Positions 49,490 through 64,000 of a stretch of 64,000 nucleotides of DNA are shown piece by piece. Made by a program: the position numbers and the translations under genes. The notes beneath the pieces are model-generated. The model saw only the letters and a program-made list of their open reading frames with translations, was not told where the DNA came from and ran no database searches. This DNA is from the human T2T-CHM13v2.0 reference genome, Homo sapiens: assembly GCF_009914755.1 (NCBI RefSeq), contig NC_060940.1; one strand, written 5' to 3'. How positions within the stretch are numbered: position 1 is the stretch's first letter; each line of letters opens with the position of its first letter.

Positions 49490-49950
49490 TAACCCCAAGA
49501 CCTCAGCAGGGCTGGGGGAAGGGGCACCGGGTCTTGGGTCAGGCAGCCTGGGGCTGAGATCCCCCTTCTGGCTGCATGACCTTGAGCAAGGCATTCAATC
49601 TAAGACTCAGTTTCTCCATCTGTCAATGGGGGCAGAGGATTTGGGTGGGGATTGAATGAGATGATGCAGGCGAAGTGCCCAGCATATAGTGAGCAGTCAG
49701 GAGCTATCCATTTAAGTCATTCCGTGATGTTGGGCCCTCAGCTGGACAGTTTGGGGGTGCGTTATCTGGGGAGGAGGGAGGCAGATGCTGATCCTGCTAC
49801 CATTTTTGGGTGTGGACATCCCGGGAGGCTCCCTGGAGGAAGCATGCTGCCCCCATTGTCAAGCCTGTGGAAGGGATTCTAGGGCCAAGGAGGAGGATCT
49901 GTTTCCAAAGAAGCCCCGAGGTGAGTGTCTCTTTCTTTTGCGTTGCCCAG

Positions 49951-50037
49951 CTGGAGTTCGAGTGCATCAACCCCAAGAAGCAGAGGAAGAAGAAGAACTA
50001 TAAAAACTCGGGCATCATCATCCTGCGATCCTGCAAG
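49951..50037 (+). CDS. CPNE2: CPNE2 exon 9 (87 nt): LEFECINPKKQRKKKNYKNSGIIILRSCK
   Basis: tgcccag| ... |gtgaac; conserved copine basic stretch. Confidence 0.97.
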
Positions 50038-50782
50038 GTGAACCAGCGTGGGCAAGCACGAGCCAGGGGCCAGGTTTCAGGCCACACAGAAGGGACAGAC
50101 AGAGCACTGGATCTGGAGCCAGCGAGGCCTGTGTTCAAATCCCGGCTCTGCCACATCCTGGCCCTATGGCCTTCTGAGCTTCACCTCACCAGGCCTCAGT
50201 CTCCTCATCTGTGGAATGGAGATATTAACGAGGCAGAGCATGTCCAGGGTTACTCTTCTCTCACATTCCTGTGTGGAGGCCAGGGAAGGCACGAGCTGAC
50301 CTTCCAGGGCCTGTCCTGGTGGGAGAATTGTCATTGCGAGTTGCTGCCGCCCACGGTGGGCATGCAAGGGGCAGAGGACATTGGGTGGGGACACCCTGTC
50401 CTCTCTGGCATCAGCGTCACTGTGACTCCCATGGTACAGCCGGGGCCACTGAGGCCCAGAAAGGCAATGAAGTTCATGTCAGCAGTGGCCAGGCTGTGGG
50501 TGGGGGCCAGAAGACCTGGTGGGCAAATAACTGCTGGATCTGGCAGAACATTAAGGAAGGCAGCCTGGGGCAGGAGAGCAAGAGACCTGGGCTCAGGGCC
50601 TGACAGCTCAGGAGTCTGGCCGCTGCTCTCCACCAGCAGGTGGATCCCAGACTCCCACCTTATTTGGAGCCTCGTCTGGCTAGGGTTTACACGAACATTC
50701 AGTGGTGTCACGACAAAAAAGCACTCCGTTAAAGGTCAAGATGTCAGGTTGCAGCCTTGTGATGGATGGTCCTTGTTTCTGA

Positions 50783-51215
<433 letters not shown>

Positions 51216-51621
51216 TAGAAAGAGATTATTAGAACTCTACCAAAATTAAAAGATCTGCCTTCTTTGCCAAAAAGAGACAAAGACCATCAAAACAACTTCT
51301 AGAGGAAGGCCTTGAGCTGGAGGCCTGCTCTTTCTCTTTGTTAAAAAGGTAGATTAATAAGGGCCAGGAGAAGGTAAGTACCTAACAGTGACAAATTGAG
51401 ACACTCTGTGTCAGGTAACTGACACTGGGCCCTGGCACCCTGCCTGGAACCAGCATGTGTCTGTGTATCTGTGGGGTGTGGGGGTCTCTGTGAGTCCCCC
51501 ACCCATTAGGAACCATTGCACTGAAGGCTTTGTTATAGAGAGATTTGGGTTTTGTTGTAATTAGATCAGGCCCATCAGCTTTTTTTGACCTCCTTGTCCC
51601 TACTGAGGTTGCAGGACATAG

Positions 51622-51792
<171 letters not shown>

Positions 51793-52334
51793 TGAGGGTC
51801 CTCCCTGAAGACTTGGGCCACTAGTGCAGCCAGAGGGACTTAGGGTAGACTTCAGGAAGGACTTCCCTGGGGCAAAGAGTGTGTGCGGCCTAGTGAGGAG
51901 GGCATAAGTGGGCTGTCTGGTCCTGCTGGGTGTGCCTGAGTTGGGGCTTAACTACAGGTCAGAGCACAGCTGCACAGCTTTCAGTCTGGTGGCTACACTC
52001 CTTCTGCGGGTGGAGGAAAACAAATTCCTCCTCACTGGCCACAAGGCCTTCAGCGATCCCTGCCTCCTTCATCTGCAGCCTCCTTCCTCCTTGCTCACTG
52101 GGCTCTAACCACACTCTTCCTCTGTTTGCCCAACATGCCAAGCTTTGCTTCATGTTAGAACTTTGCATTTGCTGTTCCTTCTGCATTTGTTGTTCCCTCT
52201 GCCTGAAACACTTCCCCAGAACCTTTGCATGGCTGCCTACCTGCCATTTTTCAGGCCTGAGGAGGTAACGGAGGTCACCTTCCAGGGAGCCCTCCCTCCC
52301 TCAATGCCTTGCTGCTCCTCTGTCATATCTTCCT

Positions 52335-52344
52335 ATTTTCTTTC

Positions 52345-52376
<32 letters not shown>

Positions 52377-52658
52377 GAGACAGCGTCTCATTCTGTCACG
52401 TGGTCTAGAGTGCAGTGGCACGATCTCAGATCACTGCAGCCTCCACCTTCAGCTCTCAGTTGATCCTCCCACCTCAGCTTCCTGAGTAGCTGGGATTACA
52501 GGTGCATGCCATCATGCCCAGCTAATTTTTGCATTTTCTGTAGAGATGGGGTTTTGCTATGTTGCCCAGGCTGGTCTCAAACTCCTGGGCTCAAGCGATC
52601 TGCCCACCTTGGCCTCTCAAAGTGCTAGGATTACAGGCATGAGTCACTGGGCCTGGCC
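52335..52658 (-). mobile_element. Alu (J-type) within an L2 remnant
   Basis: Antisense Alu with (TTTTC)n head. Confidence 0.88.
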
Positions 52659-53863
52659 CTCACTATTTTCCTATTTTCTGGGCACTTGCCGCCCCGAGAT
52701 TCATATGCATTTGTCGCTTCTCCCTGATCGTCGCACCCACTGGAATGTGAGTGCTTTTAAGTGTGGGCACTTTGTTTATTTTGCTTCCACTCCAACCCCA
52801 GCATATCACACAGTAACTGGCACATAGCAGGTGCTCCATCATTTCTCGTTGGAAGAATGAACTGCCACCTTGCCTGTGGCCTGGAGTCTTTGCCCCACAG
52901 ACTCTGTGCCACTCATCCTGGCTTTGCTTCCTCACCCCAAGGGAGCCTCAGGCCCAGAAGGGAGGAAGCTGCTGGGGTGCCACGCTCTGCCCACCTCCCC
53001 ATGTTGTCTCACCGTTCCCCATCACCACCCCTAGATCCTAATGAGAAATGGAGGGCATCACAGGATGCCATGGAGTCAGAGGATTGGCCTTGCTGACTTC
53101 TGACCCTGCTGCCCACCACTGCCCCCTCCCCTGCACAGAGGCCAGGCCCTCCTGTTCCTCCTGCACGAGTTTGTTCATTCAGCGAACTCACACTGACTGC
53201 CTCCTTTGTGCCGGGCTCTAGGCTGTGTCCCTGCAGCGGTCCCTCAAGGACTAAGACATGCTGCCCCTGACTTGGGGGAGTGACCCTCTAGCCATGTGAG
53301 GATTTGGATGGGTGGCCCCTTCTCTCCTACCCCACAGCAACTGAGTTCCCATGTAGCCAAATCTTCCCCGGGGTCCTACTTCTAACCCTCCCCTGCTGGG
53401 CAGGGGTTGTTCTTGCCTACCCCTCTGTGCCCTTTCTCCAGGGATTGGGCTGGGATTCTCTGGGGCTGAGAGAGCAGGTAGAGCCCTAGTCCCTGCCTGC
53501 CCATCAGCCCCGAGTCCCTGTTAATAAGCACCTGCCTTGTCTGCTGTTCCCAGCCCTGGGCCAGGCTTCTCCAGAGTACGTGCTGCGGTGAGCTCCCAGC
53601 TGATCGGGGAGATGGGCACTGCTCTACCAGGCAACCCCAGGTCCCAGGCCCCTTGGTGGTCTGAGGGATAATGGGGAGATGGCTTGGGTTGGGGGTGAGG
53701 TTATCTGGGAAGGTTGCAGTGGAGCAGTGGCATCTGAGTTGGGCCTGGAAGATGGAGCAAAGTTAGGCGGGAAGAAACGATAGCCTGGCTCTGCATGCAG
53801 AGCGAAGCTTATGAATAAATGCCTGCATATGGGAACAGATGAATGTGTGGATAGGGATAGTAA

Positions 53864-54271
<408 letters not shown>

Positions 54272-55988
54272 TAAGGTTGGAGAGGGGCTCTGAAGGTCAG
54301 CTAGGGTTCCATCCAACCTGGGAAGCTCAGTGTATCAAAGCTAGAAGGGACCCAGAGATCATCAAATCTAGGAATGGACAGCAAATGGCATAGGTGCAGT
54401 TATTACCCATTCCCATACCCTTGGCAGACATTGCTAATCAATTGCTGAACTCTAACCTGCCAAGCGCAGATTCAAACTGGGATCGTTTTCTACACAGTAC
54501 ACCAAGTAGCCAGTAAGAAAATGAATCATGATGGAAGATTAAACTCATTCATTATTGCTGCATCCTCTCCTTTTAGAGCTGGGGAATGGGAGGCCTGGGG
54601 TGGGAGTGGAAAATTTGTTCCAGGTCCCGCAGATCATGGGACCAGAGGCCAGCCATTCTGGTTCCTGGGCCTGGCGCCTAGTTCCCTAATGGTCTCGCTT
54701 CTATTGGGAACTTCTGAGGAGCAGCTAGCATGCACGGACCCTCCTCCCATGACCTTGCTTCCTGGGGACCTTTGGGTCGGGCTGGGTACCACGGAAAGTC
54801 AGAGAAGGGAAGCTGTGTGAAAGTGTGGCAGGTGTGGCTACCAACAGGATATGACATCACTGTCACAGATGGTGCTGATTGGGAGCTCCAGGTCAGAGGA
54901 TGGAATGACCAGGAGGCTGACACATTGGGAACAGGGGAGGAAGAAGCAGGTGCCAGAGATTTGGCAGGAAAGACAGCAGGCTCAGGAGCCCTGTGTGGAC
55001 TTGGCCTCCTAGAGAGGGGCAGCCAGGGATCTGTACAACATGCAGAGCAAGGGAGGTGGAAGTCATCATCAGCATGGTTGGGTGGAGTCCCAGGTGTCCA
55101 GCTGCCCATTCAGCCCATCACCGAGCTGTCTAATGGGCATTAAGACTTAGCATGGCCCCAGTGAGCTCTAGATGCCTGGCTGAGCCACCATCACTTTGTG
55201 CCCAGATCATTTCATTAGCTTCCTCATCAGTCTCCCTGCTTCTGCCCTGGCCCCCAGCTGTGTGTCCCCTCCACGGCAGCCAAAGGGATCCTTAGTAGAT
55301 GTCTGTTGAGTGCACATACAAATGAAATGTGGTCCCTGTCCTCAGGGAGTTCTCACTTAAAGAGGAAGATAAGGAAGAAATCGTCGGAGTTCTGAGAGAC
55401 CAGTTTACATGTGAAGCAGGAGCTATGGGAGCACAAAAAGAGAGGCATTTTAGGGTATCAGGGAAATCTACAGAGCGAAGGGGCCATTTTGATTGGGCCT
55501 TAGAGGATGAGTAGGAGTTTGCTAGAGGAAACAGATTAGGGAGAGATGTTACAGATGGGGGCACAACAGCATTGAAGTTGGAATGTGAAGGTACCCTATG
55601 TGTTTGGGGAATAGCAAGTGGCCAGTGGCCAGGGCTAGGGGAGTGGGGTGTGAAGGGGCGTGGGTGGAAGGAGATAAGACTAGGCTCTGGGACTGGATGA
55701 CACAGGACCTTGAATGCCACAGGAGGGTTCTCATATTAGTAGAGTTTTCCCCAGCTATGAGCAGGAGGCTGAGAGACAGCCAGTACATTCATTCTACTTC
55801 CATCTTGACCTCCTGACCTTGGTTTAGTGGCTGGCTGAAGTCTCAGTTTGAGAAGGATCTAGAAGCTGTGCCCAGGCCCATTGGTTAGAAGTACCATTGT
55901 CGTGTCTGCCACAGGTATAGATGTGGTCAGGCCACATGTTCACCAGGTCCCCAGAGGTGGGTTGGGCTCATTAGGTAGATGATCCTAA

Positions 55989-57193
<1,205 letters not shown>

Positions 57194-57812
57194 AAGACAG
57201 GTAGTGTCATCGGTGCTGAGGTGGGGGCACCGTAGGCCTGTGGGGAGCCGAGGAGGTAACCCAACCCAGCTTGGGGCCATCAGGCTTCCTGGAGGGGGCA
57301 AGCTCTAAGCCAAGAGGGGAAAGGGAAGTAGCAGAGTGACTAGAGGTGGCAGTGGGGCAGGGGGAGCCTTCAGGGCAGAGAACAGACTGTGCGAAGCCTG
57401 CAGGACGAGCTGGAGGAACTGGCAGAGGTGGGTGATAGACCCTCCATTGGAGGTGAGCAGGGTGGAGACAGATGTGGGCGTTAAAGGGCCACGGGGACCC
57501 CTGCAGGGACCACATAGGGGCTCATCAGCAGATTGGCATTTCTAAAGGCCTCTCCTGGCTGCTGAGTGGGGCGTGGCTAGGGCGAGAGTGGGCAGAGTGG
57601 AGGGTGGAGAGAAGGGGCGAAGGCAAGGAAACTCAGGGCAGAGGCCAGGACTTTCTGTGTGACCAAGTGAGTGTGGGCCGAAGAGGTCACCAAGATTTCC
57701 AACTGGGCACTGAGGCGGGGGTGGTGCTGCTTACTGAGATGAGGAACGGGGTGGGTGCTAGGCTCAGCAGGGGAGATGGTAAGGTGGGAGTCCCAGGAGA
57801 AAGGTGGATGAT

Positions 57813-58104
<292 letters not shown>

Positions 58105-58243
58105 GATAAGTGGTTGATGGGTCAATGGGTTTGGGCTCTGGGGAGACAGAGAGAGACCTGGCCACCTGGGCCAGGACCCATGGTGCCACCTCTGGGAGGA
58201 TGAGATTGCTAGGGAGACAGGTGGAGTGAGAAACAGCCACATG

Positions 58244-58672
58244 AGGCGGGGTGCAGTGGCTCACACCTGTAATTTCATGCTTTGGGAGGCCAAGGCAGGA
58301 GGATTGCTTGAGCCAGGAGTTCAAGACCAGTCTGGGCAACACAGTGAGACCCTGGCTTTACAAAATTTAAAAGTTGGCTGGGTGCAGTGGCTCACACTTA
58401 TAATCTTAGCACTTTGGGAGGCTGAGGAGGGTGGATCACAAGGTGAGGAGTTCGAGACCAGCCTGGCCAACATGGTGAAACCCCGTCTCTACTAAAAATA
58501 CAAAAATTAGCTAGGTGTGGTGGCGGGAGTCTGTAATCCCAGCTACTCGGGAGGCTGAGGCAGGAAGATCCCTGGAGCCCAGTGAGCTATGAGTGCACTG
58601 CACTCCAGCCTGGGTGACAGAGTGAGACTCTGTCTCTAAAAAATTAATTAATTAATTAATTAAAATAAAAAA
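58244..58672 (+). mobile_element. FLAM (58244-58370) followed by an Alu with (TTAA)n tail
   Basis: Tandem sense Alu-family sequences. Confidence 0.85.
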
Positions 58673-59620
58673 AGAGACAGCTGCATGAGAGAGCCAGGCA
58701 GATGAAGCGGAGACTGAGCCCGGGGGCAGAGCAGGGAGGAAGTGAAGGAGGGAGGGGCAGAAAGCAAACCCATAAGTAGCAGCATTTATTGGGCCCTTAG
58801 AATGTTCTAGATACCACTCTGCCTGCTTTACCAGTTTCAACTAATTCTCACCAAAGCCAATGAGGTAGGCCCTGTTATGAACCCATTTTGATCGTTGAGG
58901 AAGCCAAGCAGTCAGGGCTCGGGGAGGAGGGAGTGGGGTTGGAGGCTGCCCCTGGGCCTGGTGAGGTAAGGCTGAGAAGAGACCATCCGTTTCACTGACC
59001 ATGGCTGGGGCCATTATGGCAGAGACAAGATGGGGAGGGGAGAAGGGCATGGAGACATCAGCCAGTGTGGCAGTCAGCCAGCGTGGAAGTCAACTGGCTG
59101 TGAGGGAGGGGAAGGGTTAGGTCAAGCAGGTCTAAAGGCTGAGGAGGAGCCAGGAGAGGCGTGGAGGTGAATTGAAGCGGGGGTCCCTGAGGTGTGGTTG
59201 TGGGTAGTCCTGGGGCAGGAGGCGGGGGCTCCTCATAGAACCACGGGCACCAGGGGAGGGGTGGTTTGGTGGCTCAGAGATGGAGACGTCAATGAGGGCA
59301 GAAGCTGTGATGCTGGGGAGTCGCTGCGGATGGGCAGGGAATGCTGTCCCATTTTACAGGGCAATAAACTGAGGCTTGGAGCCTCAAAATGACTTGCCCA
59401 AGGCCATGTTCACCAACTGGGCAGATGGACTCTAAAGTTTCTTCTCAGACACTGTTGCCTCCCCATGAGAAGCCTGTGGGGTGTGAGGCCAGAGAGCTCC
59501 TAAGCCTGCACATGGGTCTCGCTCGGCCAGTGCCCCTTCTTGTCTGCCCTGCTGTGCCGCATTGCTGTTTCCAGAGTGAATTTTTGCCTCCTGTCCTCTC
59601 TGGTCCTCTCTGGGGAGGAT

Positions 59621-60171
59621 GATTTTCACCTAGAATTTCGGGGAGTGGCCCAAGGGCCAGGGCAGGAGATGTGGGTGTCCTGGCTCCCTGTGGTGTGAGG
59701 CTACGCCTCAGATGGGACCAAAGCTGGGCCACAGTGATGCCATTCGGGGGGCAGGGCGAGCTGGTGCGGCTGGGCCCAGCACGAGCCCGTTGCTAGGACA
59801 CCAGCCAGCTTTCAAAGAACTGAATGAGATGTTTTCTTGAGCAAAAGCCTCCTTGTAAATGTCACAGGGCGATGCTGGGGAGGCCAGGGCTTGGCCAGGC
59901 TGGAGTGCCCGGCGGTGCCAAGAAAGATGCTGCGTCCAGGCTAGGAAAGGACAGATGCTGTGTCCCACCTCCCCCTGCCATGGGAGCCGCCAGGCCTGGC
60001 CCCTCCTGGCCCCTCACCCTCTCTCGCATTCTGACTCGCCTCACTCCTGCTGCCTGAAGCTCCTTCATTCACTCCCACCTCAGGGCCTTTGCACATGGCC
60101 TTCACTCAGCCCGCTGCTCCCTCTCCTGGGCTTCTGCCACCGATTTTCACCTAGAATTTCGGGGAGTGGCC
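59621..60171 (+). repeat. Perfect 30-bp direct repeat, copies at 59621-59650 and 60142-60171
   Basis: GATTTTCACCTAGAATTTCGGGGAGTGGCC occurs twice with unrelated flanks. Confidence 0.95.
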
Positions 60172-63051
60172 TGCCCTCTGGGAGCCATGCTCACACTCAC
60201 ATGGGGGCCCTTCTTCCTGCCCAGAGCCCTGCCCTCATGGAACTCTGTGACTTGTTTGTGATTGCCTGGGGAAGGCACTGGGTTTCTTTCTGCCTGCATC
60301 CCAGCACCTGGCCTGCAGTGTGCAGTGCCATTGTTTGTTGACGGAATGAATTTGGGACCCAGCCCAAATTTGGGACCCCAGGCCTGAGCAAACAGAGGGG
60401 TCGGTTCTCTGAGGGTGGGAAGCTAGAAGGAACCAGAAGGAGCACGTGACCAGGCTGCCTGCCTTTGAGACCTCAGTTTCTCCCTGAGGGTGGCCCAGAT
60501 GATCCCAGAGAGAACTCCTGCCCCAGAGAGTGGCTGAGGGTCTCAGGACGCGTTTCCCTTTGGAGATGGCATGAGGTCTTGGCCCTTCAACGTGAGCAGA
60601 GTTACTCAGATGAGGAACGGGATCTGGGCAGAAGGCACAGTCTGTGCAAAGGTCTGGGAGGAGGGGGAGCATACTCTGCAGGTGGGGAAACTGAGGCTCA
60701 GAGAGGACAGTCACTCTGAGATCCCTTGGGCTTTCTCCATGCCCCACCCGCTGCCTCTACCACCTGCCTCAGCCAGGGCCACAGGGAACTGAGCCTGAAG
60801 TAACTCCCTGACCTCAAGGCTGAGCCAGGCCAGGTTGGGTGAACAGGGCCATTGGCTGTCAGAAGGCAATAGGGAGTCCCAGGACAAAGGCCTGTGGCTG
60901 GCAGCCAGTCCCCAGGGGCCCCTCATCAGCTTCTGTGGCCTCCAGGAACTTGTTCTGTTTATGACTTTTCTCAGGCAAACCAGGGCAACCAGTATGGGAG
61001 GGGCTGAGCTGCCACTCCTGGTAGCATGGACACTTGTCCCCAGGCCCCACTGTGTGACCTGGGCACTCCCTGGCCCTCTGGGAACCTCACTCTTTCCAGC
61101 TATGAAATGGAGTTGCTGGAGGAGACAACCTCTGGGGCCTCTGGGGCAGATGGACAACCTTCCACAGCCCCCCTGACCGCAAGGCTGGGCCCTCCCCAAA
61201 TAAAGAGGGGGGAAGAGTGGGGATGAAGAGCGGGGGGCCCGAGAAGGCAAAATATTCCTCCACCCCTATCAGCAGGGGGCTTTCCCACTGTGGTCTCTAA
61301 AATCTCCTAAAATCTGATTTTTCAGGAAGACTTTGGCCCAAGGGAGTCCTGTTTCCCTGGCAACCATTTTCTCTCTCAGCCCCTCCATACAAGCCCCCCT
61401 CGTAATCTCTATAGAGGCTCAGGAAGTCTCCATGGCAACAGGGACCTCCAGCCCCCAAACCTGGAGCCCAGACTGGGGACAGGGTGAAGTGGGCCCTGGA
61501 CAGGGACAGGACCCAAGAGGGACACCAGGGGACTGGCTCTGTGCCGGGCGCCTAAAGCAGACAGCAAAGAACAGAAAACCCCATTGCCTGAAACAGGGAG
61601 GAGTCCTCCCACCACCTCCCCTCCCCTGGGCTGCCAGGGAGGCCAGACTGAACCCCACTGCTGGGTCCCTGCCCTCTCCCCCAGGAGTAAGACCAACTCC
61701 CACCCCCAGGGGAGGGGAGGGCACTGGGTCTCAGGCCTGTTCGACTGTGTGGCTCTGGTGCCTGGCTTCCCTTTTCTGGGCCTCGGTTTGTTTATTTGTA
61801 AAATGGGGACGCTGGATGCAGGAGAGCCTCCCAGTACCCCCATCGTCATGTCTTGGAGCTGAAGAGTCTGTCTGGGATTGTCTGTGCCCAGACAAAAGCC
61901 CTCCTCCTGCAGCTGAGGACCGGGGCACCCCTCCACCCTCCTCATTGAAAATCCCTGGGGGAGGAATGCCTTTGGAGGTTAGCGTGAGCTCTGGGAGCAG
62001 CCTGACCTCAGTTCGAGTCCCAGCTCTGCCCGCCAGGAAATGTGGGAAAATTCTAGTCCACTCTGTGTCTCAGTTTTGTCATCCATAAGATGAGGTGATA
62101 ACAGCTGCCCTTCCATTGGGGTGTTGTGAGGAAGGAGTAAGGGGATTCCTGCACAGCAGTGAATGCGGATGTGGTACATGGTAGGAAGGGGGCTGAGGGG
62201 GATTTGGGGCTGTGGGGCTGCAAGAGAGGGAAGAAAGGAGGGACTGTCCCCCATCTGAGCTCTGCAGCGTCTCCCGAGGCCTTGGGTTCTGCAGGCACTG
62301 CAGTCTCACCCACAGCCCTGAACGGGGCCAGTTATGAGTCCTTCTATACCCCGAAGCCATGCGAGCAGCAGCAGCCGGATGTGATGGGTGCAGCAGTGTC
62401 CCGGAGTGTCCGGGTCAGTCTCTGATGATCCTCTGGGGCTGGGTGCTGGGCCTGGAGGCAGAGAAGCAGGATGAGTCCCTAGGGAGCCTATGATAGCCCC
62501 ATCTGATCCCCTTGCAGCCCCCTTACACTCCCTGATCGCCAGGTCAGCTCTGAGTGGGCTGTCAGCTCACCCCCGTTTGGCTGTCTGGCGCAAGGCGGGC
62601 TCCCCTCTAAGCCCCTTTGCTTACTGTTAAGGTAGGAAAAGCCTCTGAAGCCCAGAGAAGCGGTGCTCTAGTTGTGGAGCCCACATCCAGCTGTAGCAGT
62701 GATGAGGGAGCATCCTGGAACCCTGGCCCACAGGGAAATCCCTGTCCCACCCGGGACTCTTAGAGGACTGATGGGGCATAGGCAGCCCCAGTCCCCAGAA
62801 GAGCCCAGGGTGACCTGCCAGGGTCTCAGTTTCCTCCACTATGAGGAGAGGGTGGTTGGGCCTCTCTGTGGGTCACACCCAGCAGTGGAGGTGAAAAGCA
62901 GATGTGGGGGGTATCAGTGGCCTAGAGGAGGGTAGGGGTGGGGGTTATGAGCCGGTGCTCTCAAAGGGAGCCTTGGCCTGGCAGTGGGTGGTGGCCTGGG
63001 TCTGGGTTTGGGGGCGGGAGGCTGCAGCTCAGCGTTTTCTCTGCGTTTCAG

Positions 63052-63103
63052 GTCTCCCATGAGTTTGCCATCAACTTCAACCCCACCAACCCCTTCTGCT
63101 CAG
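63052..63103 (+). CDS. CPNE2: CPNE2 exon 13 (52 nt): VSHEFAINFNPTNPFCS(G)
   Basis: gtttcag| ... CAG|gtgagt; VSHEF..NFNP.NP.C copine motif. Confidence 0.97.
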
Positions 63104-63663
63104 GTGAGTGTCAGACCCACCTGCAGCTGCCCTGTGTTTGCTACGGGCCTGGCCAGCTCCCTGGGTGGAGGGAGGGCAGAGGACAGGTTTTCATTTCTTT
63201 CTCCTTTCCCCTCCCCCTTACTGTTGCTCAGAGTGACAGAGGGGGAAGAGCTGCAGTTTGGAGTCAGATAGTCCTGGATTCAAGGCCAGCTGCTGCCCTT
63301 CCTAGCTGTGGGACCTTGGAAAGGTCACTGTACCTCCTGGGCCTTTGCCTCCTTACCTGCTCCAGGATAACTATGACAGCTGCTCTTCTCACTTTACTGG
63401 GTGGTTCAGTGAGAATTACAGGAAGCCACTGACAGGAAGTCCTGTGTAAACCAGGAGGAGGTGAGGGTGGCACCAGACACACCTGCTTTCACCTCCTTCC
63501 CACCCGCCCCCTTGCTGGGAAGGCCAGCCCTGCTCTGGGAGTACTTGGCGGGGGATCAGGGGGAGGCAGGGGCTGGGAAGTGAGTATGGTGTCTGTGTTC
63601 ATCCCCACCCCTGGGCCTAAGAGGATTTCTGAGCCTCCTAGGGACAGTTAAGAAACTATTAGA

Positions 63664-64000
63664 GGCCGGATGCTGTGGCTCATGCCTGTAATCCCAGCAC
63701 TTTGGGAAGCTGAGGCAAGAGGAGCACTTGAGCCTAGGAGTTCAAGACCAGCCTGGGCAATAGAGGGAGACCCCATTTCTACAAATTAAAAAAATTACCC
63801 AGGCATGGTGGCATATGCCTGTGGTCCCAGCTACTCAGGAAGCTGAGGTGGGAGGAAAGAAAGAGAGATGGGGAGGGGAAGGGAGGGTCACACCTTTAAT
63901 CCCAGCACTTCGGAAGGCCAAGGTGGGTAGATCAGAGGTCAGGAGTTCAAGACCAGCCTGGCCAAGATTGTGAAACCCCGTCTGTACTAAAACTACAAAA
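63664..64000 (+). mobile_element. Truncated AluJ (63664-63856) and a second partial Alu running off the window
   Basis: Sense Alu arms separated by a purine-rich spacer. Confidence 0.85.

Noticed and set aside
52164-52199. 18-bp tandem duplication TGCATTTG(C/T)TGTTCC(T/C)TC
   Set aside because: Ordinary slippage duplication inside an L2 remnant

Overview
Human-type (primate) genomic DNA on the + strand. It holds the 3' end of NLRC5: eleven coding exons (2878-10798), ten of them 72-84 nt LRR exons, then a ~1 kb 3'UTR with AATAAA at 11770. A ~9 kb repeat-rich intergenic spacer follows, then the CpG-island promoter, non-coding exon 1 and coding exons 2-13 of CPNE2 (copine-2: C2A, C2B and the start of the vWA domain; the gene runs off the window end). 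Both genes were recognised from their spliced translations, which I joined by hand across GT-AG junctions. The locus corresponds to human 16q13 from memory. The remainder is Alu, MIR, L1, L2, LTR (MLT1, MLT2, MER41A) and hAT (MER5, MER53) debris. Repeat names come from recognising consensus motifs and their edges are approximate. Almost all ORFs in the supplied track are Alu-derived or GC-rich artefacts. I found no new protein-coding gene or multi-gene system. The most interesting unexplained signals are: an alternative-donor switch in CPNE2 exon 1 that turns a 14-codon uORF into a 106-codon overlapping ORF; a cluster of five inverted repeats at 17143-17280; a templated-insertion scar in a collapsed Alu; a perfect 30-bp repeat with copies 521 bp apart; a MER53 hairpin with a miR-1302-like arm; a CATG-dense repeat in the NLRC5 3'UTR; and several candidate splice and regulatory elements.
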